Assembly (NCBI GenBank): GCA_963514005.1
Contig: OY740781.1
Location: 99,572,001 to 99,636,000, forward strand
Origin: Raja brachyura
Taxonomy: Eukaryota
Length of the DNA stretch: 64,000 nucleotides
Direction of reading: 5' to 3'
Positions 1-13,800 of the stretch are shown here, piece by piece. The notes beneath the pieces are model-generated. The model was not told where the DNA came from, ran no database searches, and worked only from the letters and a program-made list of their open reading frames with translations. Position 1 is the first letter of the stretch. Each line of letters starts with the position of its first letter. Position numbers and translations under genes: made by a program.

Positions 1-1047
1 AACCCGAAACGTCACCCATTCTTTCTCTCCAGAGATGCTGTCTGACCTGCTGAGTTATCTCTCAGTTTACCACGAGTGGTAGATTAGTGTGTCAGGTTGT
101 TGATGTTCTCAGATATTCAGACTCTTCACTCCAATTTAACATGAACAAAACATATCTGTCCAACCTTTTCTATCTATCTACCTGGCCAAGTGCATTTTAA
201 ATGTCGTATTTCTACCTGCTTCTACCACTTACTTTGGCACCATGCTGTACTTCAGAGTGGAAAATGTTGCTTCACGGGTCCTCTTTTAAAACTTTCCCCT
301 CTTACCTTACTATGCTCTCTAACTTTGGGCTCCATCACCCTGGGGAAAAGACTGTGGCTATTCACCTTATCTGTGCCCCATTTGGTTTTTTGAATCTCTT
401 CAGTCTGAAGAAGGGTCTTGACCCAAAACGTCACCCATTCCTTCTCTCCAGTTCCTGTCCCACTAAGTTACTCCAGCATTTTGTGTCTATCTTCATTCAG
501 TATAACTGTTTTGTATCAGACAGTTTCTGCTTCACGATGGTGAATTTAATCTCAGACCTGAGAACTGACTGATCTCAAACTATTTAAGATTGCTCAGAAT
601 GTGTTATTAAAATCAAATTTCAATTGGAGAAATACCATTACTACATATTTACCCTTATATGACTTGGAAAAAATGTGTTGCTTATAACTGCTAATATCCA
701 ATCTTGGAAACTATAAATCTCTGCAATAGCAAAGTAAAATTCACAATGTTGCTGCGATGTTTGTGTATAGCCACACAGAGAGACAGATCCATTGTTTATC
801 TTATGTCCTTACAAATGCACGGCCTTCCCTACAGCTAGCTCTCTTCCAATGTTTGAAAGAGTCATAGTTTCATGCAGCATGGAAACAGGCGCTTTGACTC
901 ATCATGTCATATCAAGCACCCATACATATGCTAATCCCATTTACCAGCACTTGGTCCACAATCTTCTATGTCTTGGCGATTCTACTGCAATCTTCTTTAC
1001 TCAGTTTGCTATTTACAAATTATGTTCTCGTCTAATAGTCACTTAAT

Positions 1048-1345
1048 GAGTTTAGCATTTCGAGATACAGCGTGAAAACAGGCCCTTCGGCCCATTCACA
1101 CCAATCATCAAATACTAGTGGACTACTTTTATGCTAACCCACTTTCACATCATACCCACTAGGGTCAATTTACAGAGACCAATTTACCTAAAACCTGCAC
1201 GTCTTTGGAATGTGGGACTGGAACACTTGGGAAAACGCGTGCGGTCACCGGGAGAACGTGCAAACTGCACACGACAGCACCCATAGTCAGAATCAAACTT
1301 GGTTCTCTGGCACTGTGTGACAGCAGCTCTACTGCTGCACCACTG
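1048..1345 (-). mobile_element. tRNA-derived V-SINE (HE1-like)
   Basis: Reverse complement of the SINE seen at 11110. Confidence 0.8.
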
Positions 1346-1816
1346 GGAGTAATGTTAGGTGATATGCTGCAAATGAGTTCCAGAAATATTATTGTTACCG
1401 AGGATGGGAATTTCTATTGAAATCTAAACAACTCGAGTTACCAGTGTGGTTGTCAGGGAGGGACATATTTTATTTTAATGTGTTAGACTTTGCTGCACTA
1501 CTCATGTATGTTTTGATCTACTCAGGGTTAATGCTGAAAAATGACAAGCTGCTCAACACATGCGCAACCTCCAATCATCTACCTCAGAAGGGCCACTATG
1601 TCCACAGAATCATAATCACTGTGGCAATAAAACTATTAAGTAAAAACAAAAGAAACATAATTATTTATACATACTGTCCTTTGTTCTTTCAGGACTTCAC
1701 CAACAATGTTACTCCCAATCAAGTATATCTTGTGTTGGCACATGAGCGAAGGAAATGGAGCAACCTAATTACCATAGCGAGCCTCTATAGACAACATGGG
1801 GACAAACTAAACACTA

Positions 1817-2076
1817 GGGTGGCACTGTGGTGGAGTCGCTGCCTTACAGCACCAGATACCTGGGTTTAATCCTGACTACGGGTGCTGCCTGTATGGAGTT
1901 TGTACATTCTCCCTGTGACCACATGGGTTTTCTCCGGGTGCTCAGATTTCCTCCCATACTCCAAAGATGTGCAGGGTTGTAGGTTAATTAGTTTCTGCAA
2001 AATTGTCCGCAGTGTGTAGATAGAATTAGTGATTGGGTGATTGCTGGTCGGCGTGGGGCGAAGGGACTAAACTAAA
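1817..2076 (+). mobile_element. tRNA-derived V-SINE (HE1-like)
   Basis: A/B-box head, V core ttcctcccatactccaaag, (actaa)n tail. Confidence 0.85.
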
Positions 2077-2929
2077 TGTGATAATGACCAATATTATTAT
2101 TAACATTTTAAATGTTGGTTGAGGAATAAATATTGGCCAAGAACTTCCCAAGATAACTCCTATACTCAAAATAGTGGCATGGGATCTCTGACACCCACAT
2201 GACAGATGATAGGACTAAGTTTATCGTTGGGGGCCACAAACAACGCAACTCTCCCTCGGTACTACTTCAGCTTGGATTTGTTGTGCTCATGTCTCTGGAG
2301 AGGGGCTTGAACCGATGACATCTACTCAGAAGAAGGTGTTAGAATATTATCCACTTTTCCACTAATACTGTGTTCGTAACATTTAGGTGAAAATTAAGTG
2401 AAACGATGGAAAGTGTATACTAACCCAACAGCAGATTAGAGAAAGCAATCGGGATAGTGTGCAAATGTAATCCAGCCTTTGCTTAAAAGTCATTCATTAA
2501 ATATTTACTTTATATAATAATTTGACAAACATACATAAATGTGCGAGCTGGAGATGCCCTTCTGCAGCACAGGAGGGGAAATGCAAAATTATGTTTGGAC
2601 TGCAATATGGATAGCTGGGGAGTGTAATTACTGCTAGTCAAGACTACTGATGCATCACAATATATCAGGTTAAAAAATAAATCACCAGAACCAAACCATC
2701 TTCATGACTAGATTACAACCTCAATTGTGCCCCAGGCCTTCCAGTTTTGGTATAAAAAATTATGATTTGCATGATCCATAGCTGATGTGGAAATTCGATT
2801 TCTCCTAAATCCCTTCCATATCGATTGACTTCTATTCCTTAAAAATCAAATAAGCATTCCGGTTTTGTGGATTTTAGGGTGCATGATGAGGCCAATGTGG
2901 GAACGGCATAGATGGAGCTGAAAGTTAAT

Positions 2930-5700
2930 AGATGGGGCATTTGTGGGGTGGACACTCATTCTGCCACTCACGCAGAGCGCCTGTATGCTCACGAGTCATG
3001 GCTGAACTATGCAACACCTTCCCCAATGCTGCCTCTACATCTTGAATGGCCTAGGGCTGGAGATTCTCAGGAGGCAGAGAGGTTTTGGCATTTTTTCCTA
3101 TGAAGGCTTTGACCACATCCTTGGATCTGTTCCTCTGTCCATCTGGTAACCTCTTCAGATGACATGGCTCAAAATAATGTCTGCTTCGGGAGTTTGAAGC
3201 CAGACATGCGAACGTCAGGGCCTGCCTAACATAGCTCTGAGTGTATCAGGGCCTCAGTGCTGAGGACGTGTGCCTGGCAGAGGACACTGATGTTGATTCA
3301 CTTTCCCTTCCTGTAAAGCTCGAAGGGTTTGTTCATATTTTGCCCATAAACTGAGACATCTGCTGTAAATACTCCAGGTCTTAGAGGCATATAGGATGGC
3401 AAGGCGTACTGCTGCCTGGTGCATCCTGGGTTTTGTACCGAGTCAGAGGATGTGATCATTAAATGACTTTTATGTCACACAACCAAAGGTTGTGCTGGTG
3501 AATTGATGGTGAATCTTAGCGTTGATAACAGCCTTTACAGATGGCTCCTATATGTGGGATATGGACCATGTTTTCAAGAGCCTTACCATGAGCCTTTAGT
3601 GTTGGTGGGCAGTGTGGTGTAGGAGAGGCAAGTTAACAGAGAACCTTTGCACCTTCGACAGGAGTTTCAATGGGCCTCAGCACCCCCATGTGTAACTGGC
3701 TACTGGACTTCCTCACTGACAGACACCAGTCAGTGAGGGTTGGAAACACCTCTAACATCATCTCTCTGAGCACCGGCTCCCCTCAGGGCTGTGTCCTGAG
3801 AACACTACTGTTTACCCTGATGACCCACGACTGTTGTGCCAGGTTTAGTACAAACCACATCATGAAGTACGCAGATAACACAACAGTGGTGGGCCTCATC
3901 CGGGACGACAATGAGCTGGCTTACAGGGAGGAGGTGAAACTAACTGGTGGACTGGTGCAATACAAACAACCTGATCCTGAATGTCGAAAAACAAAGGAGG
4001 TCATAGTTAACTTCAGGAAAAACCGGCACAGTCCCATACCACTTCACATCAATGACAGCGATGTGGAGGTGGTCAGTAGCACAAAGTTCCTGGGGGTGCA
4101 GATCACTAACAGTCTGACCTGGTCAAATAACATCTCATCAACAGTTAAGAGAGCGCAGCAGCAGTTGCACTTTCTGCGCCGGATGAGAAGAGCTCACCTC
4201 CCCGTCCTCACTACTTTCTACAGGGTCAACATAGAGAGTATTCTGACCAGCTGTACCTCTGTCTGGTTTGGGGACTGTAAAGCCTCCGACTGGAAGTCCG
4301 TGCAAAGTGGTGAGGACAGCTGAAAAAATCATCGGGACTTCTCTCCCTTCAAGAGGGGATATTGCGACCAAACGTTGTGTGTTTAAGGCCAGCAGTATTA
4401 TAAAAGACCCCACACATGGGACTGTTCACTCTGCTGCCCTCGGGCAAAAGATATCGTAGCATGAGGAGCAGAACATCAACGTTCTGCACAGCTTCTTCCC
4501 ACGAGCCATCAGACTTCTGAATGCCATGTAATGGGCTGCCACCATTGTCTATTATATCCTTTTATCCATTTTATCCTTTTATTCATTTTATCCTTCTGTT
4601 TATTATCGTGTTGCACGGGGAGCCAAATGCAACGGAATTTCGTTTGAAATTGCATATATCGATGTATTTCTAAATGACAATAAAGTTTGTTTGATTTTGA
4701 ATGCAAGGCCCATCATCTTGTATATTTGAGAGAAAGCATCGATGTTAGCTTTGGAGCTCAGCCTTTGAGCGCATGTACATGTCATCTCTATAATGCAGCA
4801 CAACTCCTGATGCTTGGGAAACCTGTGTTCTAGGGGGTGGTCGTATGTTTAACCATTTTCCATTGTACCTCAAGATGGATGGAGTTGGACTGGAGAGCTG
4901 CCACTGGGAGGAGGCAATTGAGAAGGATCCCTGTGGTAACTTCCCTGTGGCAGACAGCAGGAAGATCCCTTTATATTTACCACAGTCTCCTTCTTTTCCT
5001 TTCTTAGATGCTCATGAGTAGGTATCTCCAAAGTCCCTGAAATGTTCTCCTCGTCCCAGGTGTGCATAGATGCACAGAATTATAGGCAAAGTTCTTTGTT
5101 GTTGATCTTTAAATTTGAGCAGGAATGTCATCTGCTGCCAGGACCTAATTATTTTTTAGTTGACCTTCTCGACTTCTTGTGGGTAAGGAGTGGTGGCAAG
5201 GCTGACCTGGATAGGTTTCTGTGGATGTGGGTCAGTTATACTCAAATCAATGCATTAGTCACAGTTGAAGAGGTCTTCAAGGTGTTCCATCTACCAGGTG
5301 TTCTAAGCTTTCAGTGAGGAGGGGCCTTTGGTGTTTGGGCCATGAACGGCATTTAGAGAAGAAACAAAGCATGTGATGGCATTCTTTAAAAGGCATACAA
5401 TGAATAGCTTCTTCAAAAGACTTGTTAGGAGTCCATCGCTCCAGAAAGGATTTTGCAAGCATTCTGAAAGTGCAGTAGTATATAGGACCGAAACCAGAAA
5501 CCCATTAGGTCAGGGACATTTGCTTTCTTTCAGATATCCAGCATTTGAAGTTGACTACGACAGCAGAAGTTGAAAGTTCTCTTTCAAAACTGAGGAATCA
5601 GAACCAGCAAAGATGGCCCACAAAACCTCCCTGTAAGGACTATGAGTTGAGTTAGGTTTAGCCAGATATCCGCAACACCTGAATATCAATGTAAGTATAT
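2930..5700 (-). mobile_element. Old RTE-clade LINE remnant, split by a Rex1/Babar insertion (3660-4702)
   Basis: Degenerate minus-strand motifs GDCGKYKGIFLLSATGK, NIDAFSQIYKMMGLA, LYASKTW, RMSGFKLPKQ; sequence resumes on either side of the insertion. Confidence 0.75.
3660..4702 (+). mobile_element. 5'-truncated Rex1/Babar-like LINE (RT C-terminus + 3' UTR)
   Basis: ORF 3670-4323 [11 protein letters not shown]...[10 protein letters not shown]...[12 protein letters not shown]; tail aatgacaataaagtttgtttga. Confidence 0.85.
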
Positions 5701-5780
5701 CCAAAATCCTACAGAACCGGGAAGAGGGTGACATAATCGCATACGGACAGGATTCAATATCAATGCCATGTTTGTGTAAT

Positions 5781-7097
5781 AACATATAACAATTACAGCA
5801 CGGAAACAGGCCATCTCGGCCCTTCAAGTCCGTGCCGAACAACTTTTTTCCCTTAGTCCCACCTGCCTGCACTCATACCATAACCCTCCATACCCTTCTC
5901 ATCCATATGCCTATCCAATTTATTTTTAAATGATACCAACGAACCTGCCGCCACCACTTCCACTGGAAGCTCATTCCACACCGCTACCACTCTCTGAGTA
6001 AAGAAGTTCCCCCTCATGTTACCCCTAAACTTCTGTCCCTTAATTCTAAAGTCATGTCCTCTTGTTTGAATCTTCCCTATTCTCAAAGGGAAAAGCTTGT
6101 CCACATCAACTCTGTCTATCCCTCTTATCATTTTAAAGACCTCTATCAAGTCCCCCCTTAACCTTCTGCGCTCCAGAGAATAAAGACCTAACTTATTCAA
6201 CCTATCTCTGTAACTTAGCTGTTGAAACCCAGGCAACATTCTAGTAAATCTCCTCTGTACCCTCTCTATTTTGTTGACATCCTTCCTATAATTGGGCGAC
6301 CAAAATTGTACACCATACTCCAGATTTGGTCTCACCAATGCCTTGTACAATTTTAACATTCCATCCCAGCTTCTATACTCAATGCTCTGATTCATAAAGG
6401 CTAGCATACCAAAAGCTTTCTTTACCACCTATCTATATGAGATTCCACCTTCAAGGAACTATGCACGGTTATTCCCAGATCCCTCTGTTCAACTGTATTC
6501 TTCAATTCCATACCGTTTACCATGTATGTCCTATTTTTATTTGTCCTGCCAAGGTGTAGCACATCACATTTATCAGCATTAAATTCCATCTGCCATCTTT
6601 CAGCCCATTTTTCCAACTGGCCTAAATCACTCTGTAGACTTTGGAAATCCTCTTCATTATCCACAACACCCCCTATCTTGGTATCATCTGCATAATTACT
6701 AATCCAATTTACCACCCCTTCATCCAGATCATTGATGTACATGACAAACAACAAAGGACCCAACACAGATCCCTGAGGCACCCCAATAGTCACCTGCCTC
6801 CAACCCAACAAACAGCCATCCACAATTACCCTCTGGCTTCTCCCATTCAGCCACTGTTGAATCCACCTTGCTATTCCTGCATTTATACCTTATAAATGCA
6901 TTATAACAGTTGAACCTTCTTAACCAACCTTCCATGAGGAACCTTGTCCAAGGCTTTACTAAAGTCCATATAGACAACATCCACTGCTTCGTCAATTTCC
7001 CTAGTAACCTCTTCAAAAAATTCAAGAAGATTAGTCAAACATGACCTTTCAGGCATAAATCCATGTTGACTGTTCCTAATTAGACCCTGTTTATCCA
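5781..7097 (-). mobile_element. Young CR1 LINE 3' portion
   Basis: ORFs 6422-6823 (GVPQGSVLGP, YADDTK) and 5853-6428 (RPNLEY...LERRRLRGDLIEVFK). Confidence 0.95.
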
Positions 7098-7449
7098 GGA
7101 ACAGGGTCTAATTATCTTTAACAGTAACCACTATGAAGGCCCAAATATCATTTTTGAGTTTTTGTTGGCACACCTGCAAGCACTTCCATTTATATTTAAA
7201 ATTAGGACATGTCTTGTGACACTCATCTGACAACAGCAAATCCGTTTTTGAACAGGATGGAAATAAGTATCGTTATACAAGAACAATCAAAGGGCCGTTA
7301 AGCCCCGTGAGCCTGCTCTGTCATTGACCAAAATCATAGCTTTGGGTTTTTTTCATTTTCTTCCTTGTGCTGGAAACTAAACGCTTTCTTTAGAGCTGAA
7401 CAAAATCGTATTGCAAACCAATTAACCTTTGCCATAACATTGCATTGGA

Positions 7450-7891
7450 TTGGATAGACTCGGCTTGTACTCGCTGGAATTTAGAAGATTGAGGGGGGAT
7501 CTTATAGAAACTTACAACATTCTTAAGGGGTTGGACAAGCTAGATGCTGGAAGATTGTTCCCGATGTTGGGGGAGTCCAGAACAAGGGGTCACAGTCTAA
7601 GGATAAGGGGGAATTCCTTTAGGACCGAAATGAGGAAAACATTCTTTACACAGAGAGTGGTGAGTCTCTGGAATTCTCTGCCACAGAAGGTAGTTGAGGC
7701 CAGTTCATTGGCTATATTTAAGAGGGCGTTAGATGTGGCACTTGTGGCTAAAGGGATCAGGGGGTATGGAGAGAAGGCAGGTACGGGATACTGAGTTGGA
7801 TGATCAGCCATGATCACATTGAAAGGGGGTGCAGGCTCTAAGGGCCGAATGGCCTACTCCTGCACCTATTTTCTATGTTTCTATGTTTCTA
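7450..7891 (+). mobile_element. CR1 LINE 3' fragment
   Basis: LGLYSLEFRRLRGDLIETY; (ttctatgt)n tail. Confidence 0.92.
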
Positions 7892-9426
7892 TTACTGAAC
7901 ACAATGCCCAAAGCAGGCAAATCTGAAAAAACAAGTCTTGTTAGTCGTTCAAATGTACAACTGGTTCTTTAAAATAAAAACAGATAATGCTGCAAATTCT
8001 TTGCAGTCAGACAGCAACTGTGGAGAGAGAAAAACTGAGTTAATTTGTCAGCTCAAATACTTCTCATTAGAACTGGGAGAAACCTTTGGATAAACAGGTT
8101 TTAAGATGCAAAGGAGTGGAGAGGGATAGAGAACAGAAATGAAAATCTTGGATTTGAGACCGAGAGCTGGATCCTTTTAGTTTTCGGTTCATTATTGTCA
8201 CATGTACTGAAGTGCAGTGAAAAGCTTTGCTTCGCATGCTATCCAATCAAATCAGTTAATATTATACATACACATAATCAAACTAAACTCAAGTACAATA
8301 GGCAAAGTGAAGGGAAAGCTACAGACTGCAGAATATAGATCTCGGCATTGTTGTGCAATAGATGCAATGAAGTTGAAAAATTAAGAAATTGCACAATGGC
8401 AATTTACAGAAACCAATTAACCTGCACGTCTTTAAGCAACTTTGCGGTCACAGGGAGAACGTACAAACTCCATACAGACAGCACCCCTGGTCAGGATCGA
8501 ACGATGGTCTCTGGCGTTGTAAGGCAGCAACTCTACCACTGCACCACTGTGCCATGCATTTACCAACTATTTTTCAAAATGTTTTATGTTCTATTTACTA
8601 AAATCAGCATGACCTAGATGCCTTTAAAAGTCGTGTGTGCTCTACATCTTTTTTATTGCTTCAAAAAATAATTTGATACACAATATAGCAATGCAGTTAG
8701 AAGTTGCTTAGGGACATTATGCAACGGGATACCCAAATGGTGCTTACATTTGGCAATTAGAATGTCGCTGCCTTCACTGATTCCAGTTGCCAGGTTTCAC
8801 AAATTAATTCTGCTAAGGATATTTTGCATCATAAGCCAAAGGCAAACTTAACTTCTTCCTGTAATTTTGATAACCTTTCAGTAAACATTATGGAGAGATA
8901 TTCAGGCTCGAAATTATTCCTTTCAGCCACGAAAGAGATAAATGTGCTGGTACATTTTTTGCCCTGTAGCTTAGGAGGCTCAGCGGCGACTCTCGAGATT
9001 CACAAAATCAAAGGGGCACAGATAAGGTGAAGTCTTTTCCCCAGAGTAATGGAGCCTAAAACTAGAGAGCATAGGTCTAAAGTAAGAGGGGAAAGTTTCC
9101 CGTGAAGCAACTTTTTCCACACTGAGGCTGATGCATGTACGGAATGAACTGCCACATTAAATGGTGGAAGCAGGGAGAAATACGACATTTAAAAGGCACT
9201 TGGACAGGTACATAGATAGAAAAGTTTGGACAGATACGTTTTGTTCACGTTAAATTGGAGTGAAGAGTCCAAATGTCTGAGACCGACAACAACCTGACAC
9301 ACTAATTTACCACTGCTTTGTGCTCCTGGTAAACTGAAAGATAACTCAGCAGGTCAGGCAGCATCTCTGGAGAGAGGAATGGGTGTGATTTTGGGTTGAG
9401 ACCCTTCTTCAGACCCGAAACATCAT

Positions 9427-9753
9427 GGTGGTGCAGGGGCGCAGGTGTAAAGTTGCTGCCTTACAGCGAATGCAGCGCTAGAGACCCGGGACGATCCTGA
9501 CTACGGGTGCTGTCTGTACGGAGTTTGTACGTTCTCCCCGTGACCTGCGTCGGTTTTCTCCGAGATCTTCGGTTTCCTTCCACACTCCAAAGACGTACAG
9601 GTTTGTAGGTTAATTGGCTTGGTAAATGTAAAAAATAAATTGTCCTTAGTGGGTATAGGATAGTGTTAATGTGCGAGGATCGCTGGTCAGCGTGGACCCG
9701 GTGGGCCGAAAGGGCCTGTTTCCGCGCTGTATCTCTAAGCTAAACTAAATTAA
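9427..9753 (+). mobile_element. tRNA-derived V-SINE inserted in a Penelope-derived repeat
   Basis: Full head, core and CR1-like tail gggccgaaagggcctgtttcc. Confidence 0.9.
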
Positions 9754-9990
9754 ACATTCCTTCTCTCCAGAGATGTTGCCTGTCCCGCTGAATTACTCCA
9801 GCATTTTGTGTCTATCTTCAGTTTAAACCAGCATCTGCATTTCCTTCCCACACAAACTGAGAGATAACCTGTATTGTAAATCTCAAACTAGAGCAGAGAA
9901 GTGTCCTCATTATTATTCCGACATATCAAGGCTCATTTAAAAAAGACAGGTAATTTGGCCATCACAGCAAAGAATAACCAGGTGGGTTTA

Positions 9991-10307
9991 TGGCCCTGTC
10001 CCACTGTACGAGTTCATTCAAGTGCTCTCCCGAGTTTAAAAAAAATCAAACTTGTGGTAAGCACGGAGAATGAACCTAGCGATACGTTGGAGCTCGGGGA
10101 CGTCTCTTAGCGGCTCATAACGCTAACGGCAGGCACTCGGGAAACGCGGTAAGCTTGGGAAGACTCGTGAAGATTTTTCAGCATGTTGAAAAATGTTCAC
10201 GAGAGCCCCGAGTACCGACAAGCGGCCATTACCATAAATCTCCGAGTTCGAATCAGGGCAAACTCGGGAGAACTCTTTGAATAAACTCGTACAGTGGGAC
10301 AGGGCTT
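9991..10307. mobile_element. PIF/Harbinger-type MITE
   Basis: TIR gccctgtcccactgtacgagtt(c/t)attcaa at both ends; TTA on both flanks. Confidence 0.85.
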
Positions 10308-10599
10308 TTAGCCCCACACCGGTTTTCAAGTAGTTTCATTTGACTGATGGGAACACTGGCAGCATTTACATAGTTCAGTAATCTGAGAAGCATAAAAAAA
10401 ATTAGACCCATATCTGAGTTTCGGTAACGTGGAAATATCTGCAGATAATGGCATTACTCTTTGAAAAAAAAATATCACCTTCTCCTCGACATTCATGAGG
10501 AATTGGGGCACAGATATCCAGCAGATAACAAAGAAAATGGCAAAGCCACGAAAGCCAAGCTCAAATGTACCAGCATTACAGATTCCATCCCATAGCACA

Positions 10600-10890
10600 T
10601 CCAAGCCCCACTCCAGACATCACTCCATTGGCACATCTTGTCCATGCTGCAGCAGCACACTCCCATTGTATACCCAGTCCACACGCCATTGCCCATCCAG
10701 TCTCTGTCCACACTCCAGCAACACACCCTAACCTCACTCACTCCAGGAGCACACTCCAAAAACACACCCTGTTCATACTCTACGAACACACCCCTATAAC
10801 ACACCACTGTCCATACTCCAGGAGCACACTGTGTCCATACTCTAGCCTCACTCCAGCAGCACACCCTGTCCACACTCCAATAACACGCCG
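10600..10890 (+). repeat. Degenerate tandem repeat (cacactccagcagcacaccctgtc-like units)
   Basis: Recurring cacactcca / tgtccatactc / cacaccct motifs. Confidence 0.6.
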
Positions 10891-11109
10891 TGACCATAAT
10901 CCCGCAGCACGCCCTTACCTCACTCCATCCAAACTGGCCTCGATCAACCTCGTGAGTGCAGCTACATGTTACCATTCCTTTGTTGCCTCCAGAAAAAATC
11001 TGAGGTGAAGCCAAGGGCCAACCTTGCCAGTGTGCAGATCTGAGGATAGTCTCTAACATTATTATGGAACTGTCAATCATTGCAACATTGAAGACCACAC
11101 ATGTAAAAT

Positions 11110-11421
11110 GGCGGCACAGTGGCGTAGTGGTACAGTTGCTGCCTTACAGCGTTTGCAGCACCTGGGTTCGATCCCGACTACGGGTGCTGTCTGTACGGAG
11201 TTTGTACGTTGTCCCTGTGACCACGTGGGTTTTCTCTGATACCTTCTGTTTCCTCCCACACCAAAGACGTACATGTTTGTAGGTAAATTGGCTTGGTATA
11301 AGTGTAAATTGTCCTTAGAGTGTGTAGGAGTGTTAACGTGCTGGGATCGCTGGCCAGTGCGGACTCGGTGGGCCGAAGGACTTGTTTCCACGCTGTATCT
11401 CTAAACTAAACTAAACTAAAC
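11110..11421 (+). mobile_element. tRNA-derived V-SINE (HE1-like)
   Basis: tggcgtagtgg A box, ggttcgatcc B box, V core, (ctaaa)n tail. Confidence 0.92.
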
Positions 11422-12207
11422 ACAGTGGACAGAGAGGAATGCAAACCGTGAACAATCTTCATCACACAGAGAACAAATGAGACGTTTCGTGGCCACAATA
11501 AAGGCCTGGACTGGAAATAAAGGTTCAAATTAAAAATGGAGAGGGGGATAGTGTGGAAAGGCGAGTGTGGTTGAGAGAGGGGTCTGTATACTGACATTAC
11601 TGACAATGGAATCATTACTGTTAGTCATCTCCTACTTTAATAGAAACAGATAGCAATTTTACCAAAGTGAAAACTGCCCACATCTCAAAAGTAACTTAAG
11701 TAAGTATTTAATGGACAGGTGGAAATGTTGTGATAGCAAAACACATGATAAACAAGGTAGGAGAACACATTTCAACAGAACATTTGTTTAAAAAGGTCAT
11801 TTCAAAAGCAATAAGCAAATTCCAGATAAAGTTTATTCAAATTCTCTTAACCAAGTCTCCAAATTACCAGACAAGCAAACTACCATGCACGTTAAATTTA
11901 AACCTGCGTGTTAGCACAATATTCAATTGCAGAGCATAGTTATGTTCAGAGTAAATAGCTAATGATACTAAAGAAGACAAAGTTCTTTTTTGACGTAGGT
12001 AGGAGACAGAGGTAGGATTAAGGTGCTTTAACTCATTTCCTGTACTGAAGACAACATTATCCTCAAGTTGGAAAATGTCATCTGTCAAACCAATCCCTCT
12101 GCAGTTTCAGTCTCGCTTTTTTTTTAAAGAATTTTGATCCTATTATGATACAAGAAAGGAAAATCAAAGCACAATGCTATTACTTCCGACAACAAACAGC
12201 ATTAAAG

Positions 12208-12490
12208 CTCAGTGGGTAGAGCTTCTGCCTCAGTGCCAGAGACCCAGGTTCGATTCTAACCTCAGGTGGCGTCTGTGTGGAGTTTGCATGTTCTCACTGT
12301 GACCAAGCAGCTTTCCTCTAGGTGCTGCGGTTTCCTCCCATGTCACGAAGGCGTGCAGGTTTATAAATTGCCCTCAGCATGTAGGAAGTGGATGAGAATG
12401 TGGGATAACATTGAACCAACGTGAACGGGTGATTGGTGAGGACTCAGAGCCGAAGAGCCTGCTTCCATGTTGTTTCTTTCAATCAACTAA
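12208..12490 (+). mobile_element. V-SINE, older subfamily
   Basis: ggttcgattc B box and V core. Confidence 0.8.
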
Positions 12491-13082
12491 GGAACGTTTT
12501 AAATCCTACTTAATTCCTTCTGCCGAGTAATAAATTATTTATTGCGTTCTTGATCCTGGCTTGTGAAGCCTGGAGTCAGCTAAGCAAAGAGACAGTGTGA
12601 TGCAGCTTCCAGTAGCAGGTGACAAGCGAGACTGTAGCATCCGGGCAGTCTGTCAACACAAGCAGCAGGTGCAGCCAGTCTGCACCAACGGTCACACTCT
12701 CCATGCCAACCAGCCAGGGTGCAGCCATGAGTCCTGCACGACTGCGTGGAGCAGCCTCGGCATCAACCCTCGCAGGCAGCCTCTGCGCGTCACCTCAGAG
12801 AACATGCGATGATGCATTGGGCCTTCTCTCCCTTTCAGTCTGAAGAAGGGTTCCGACCCGAAACGGCACCTGTTCCTTTTCTCCAGAGATGCAGCCTGAC
12901 CTGCTGAGTTATTTGAGTATTTTGTGTCTATCAATGATGAAATCACTTTGACCAACTCAACGCTGCGGGAAGGCTGGAGGAGAGGACCTTGATACCAGCT
13001 CTGCCGCGTGTAGTGACAAGAAGGACCGAGGTACATGCTGGGCTCTCAGCACATCAGCACCGTCACAAACTTGATTATAAGG

Positions 13083-13800
13083 TCATAAGTGATAGAGTAG
13101 AATTAGGCCATTCAGCCCATCAAGTCTACGCCATTCAATTATGGCTAATCTATCTCTCCCTCCAAACCCCATTCTCGTGCTTTCTCCCCATAACCTATGA
13201 CACCCGTATTAATCAAGTATCAAATCTACCTCTGCCTTGAATATATCCACTAACTTTGCCTCCACAGCCTTCTGTGGCAAAGAATTCCACGGATTCACCA
13301 CCCTCTAAAGACGAAAGAGATTTCTCCTCATCTTCCTAAAAGAGCGTCCTTTAATTCTGAGGCTAAGACCTCTCGTCCTGGACTTTCCCACTAGTGGAAA
13401 CATCCTCTCCACATCCACTCTATCCAAGCCTTTTACTATTCTGTACGTTTCACTAAGGTCCCCCCTCATTCTTCGAAACTCCAGCGAGTATCTGTCCAGT
13501 GCTGTCAAACACTCATCATATGTTAACTTATTCATTCTTGGGATCACCCACTCCAGGGCCAGCCCATCCGTCCTCAGATATGGTGCCCATAATTGCTCAC
13601 AATATTCCATAAGCAGCCTGACCAGCGACTTATAGAACCTCAGCATTACATCTCTTGTCCGGGTTAGTACATGTGTCAGGGATTGTGGGGAGAAGGCAGG
13701 AGAATGTGGTTGAGAGGGAAAGATAGATCAGCCATGATTGAATGGCGGAGTAGAGTGGGACAAATGTCCTAATTCTGCTCCTATAATTTAAGAACTGATG
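13083..13800. mobile_element. CR1 3' fragment (minus, 13083-13655) abutting an oppositely oriented CR1 3' end
   Basis: ORF 13305-13646 CR1 C-terminus; 13670-13790 is complementary to 13095-13200. Confidence 0.8.

Noticed and set aside
11110-11185. SINE heads as tRNA genes
   Set aside because: A/B boxes are present but run into the V core and CR1-like tail; they are SINEs.
12560-12830. GC-rich stretch with short overlapping ORFs (similar stretch at 14600-15000)
   Set aside because: No recognisable protein motif, convincing splice sites or repeat ends; could be regulatory but cannot be supported from sequence alone.
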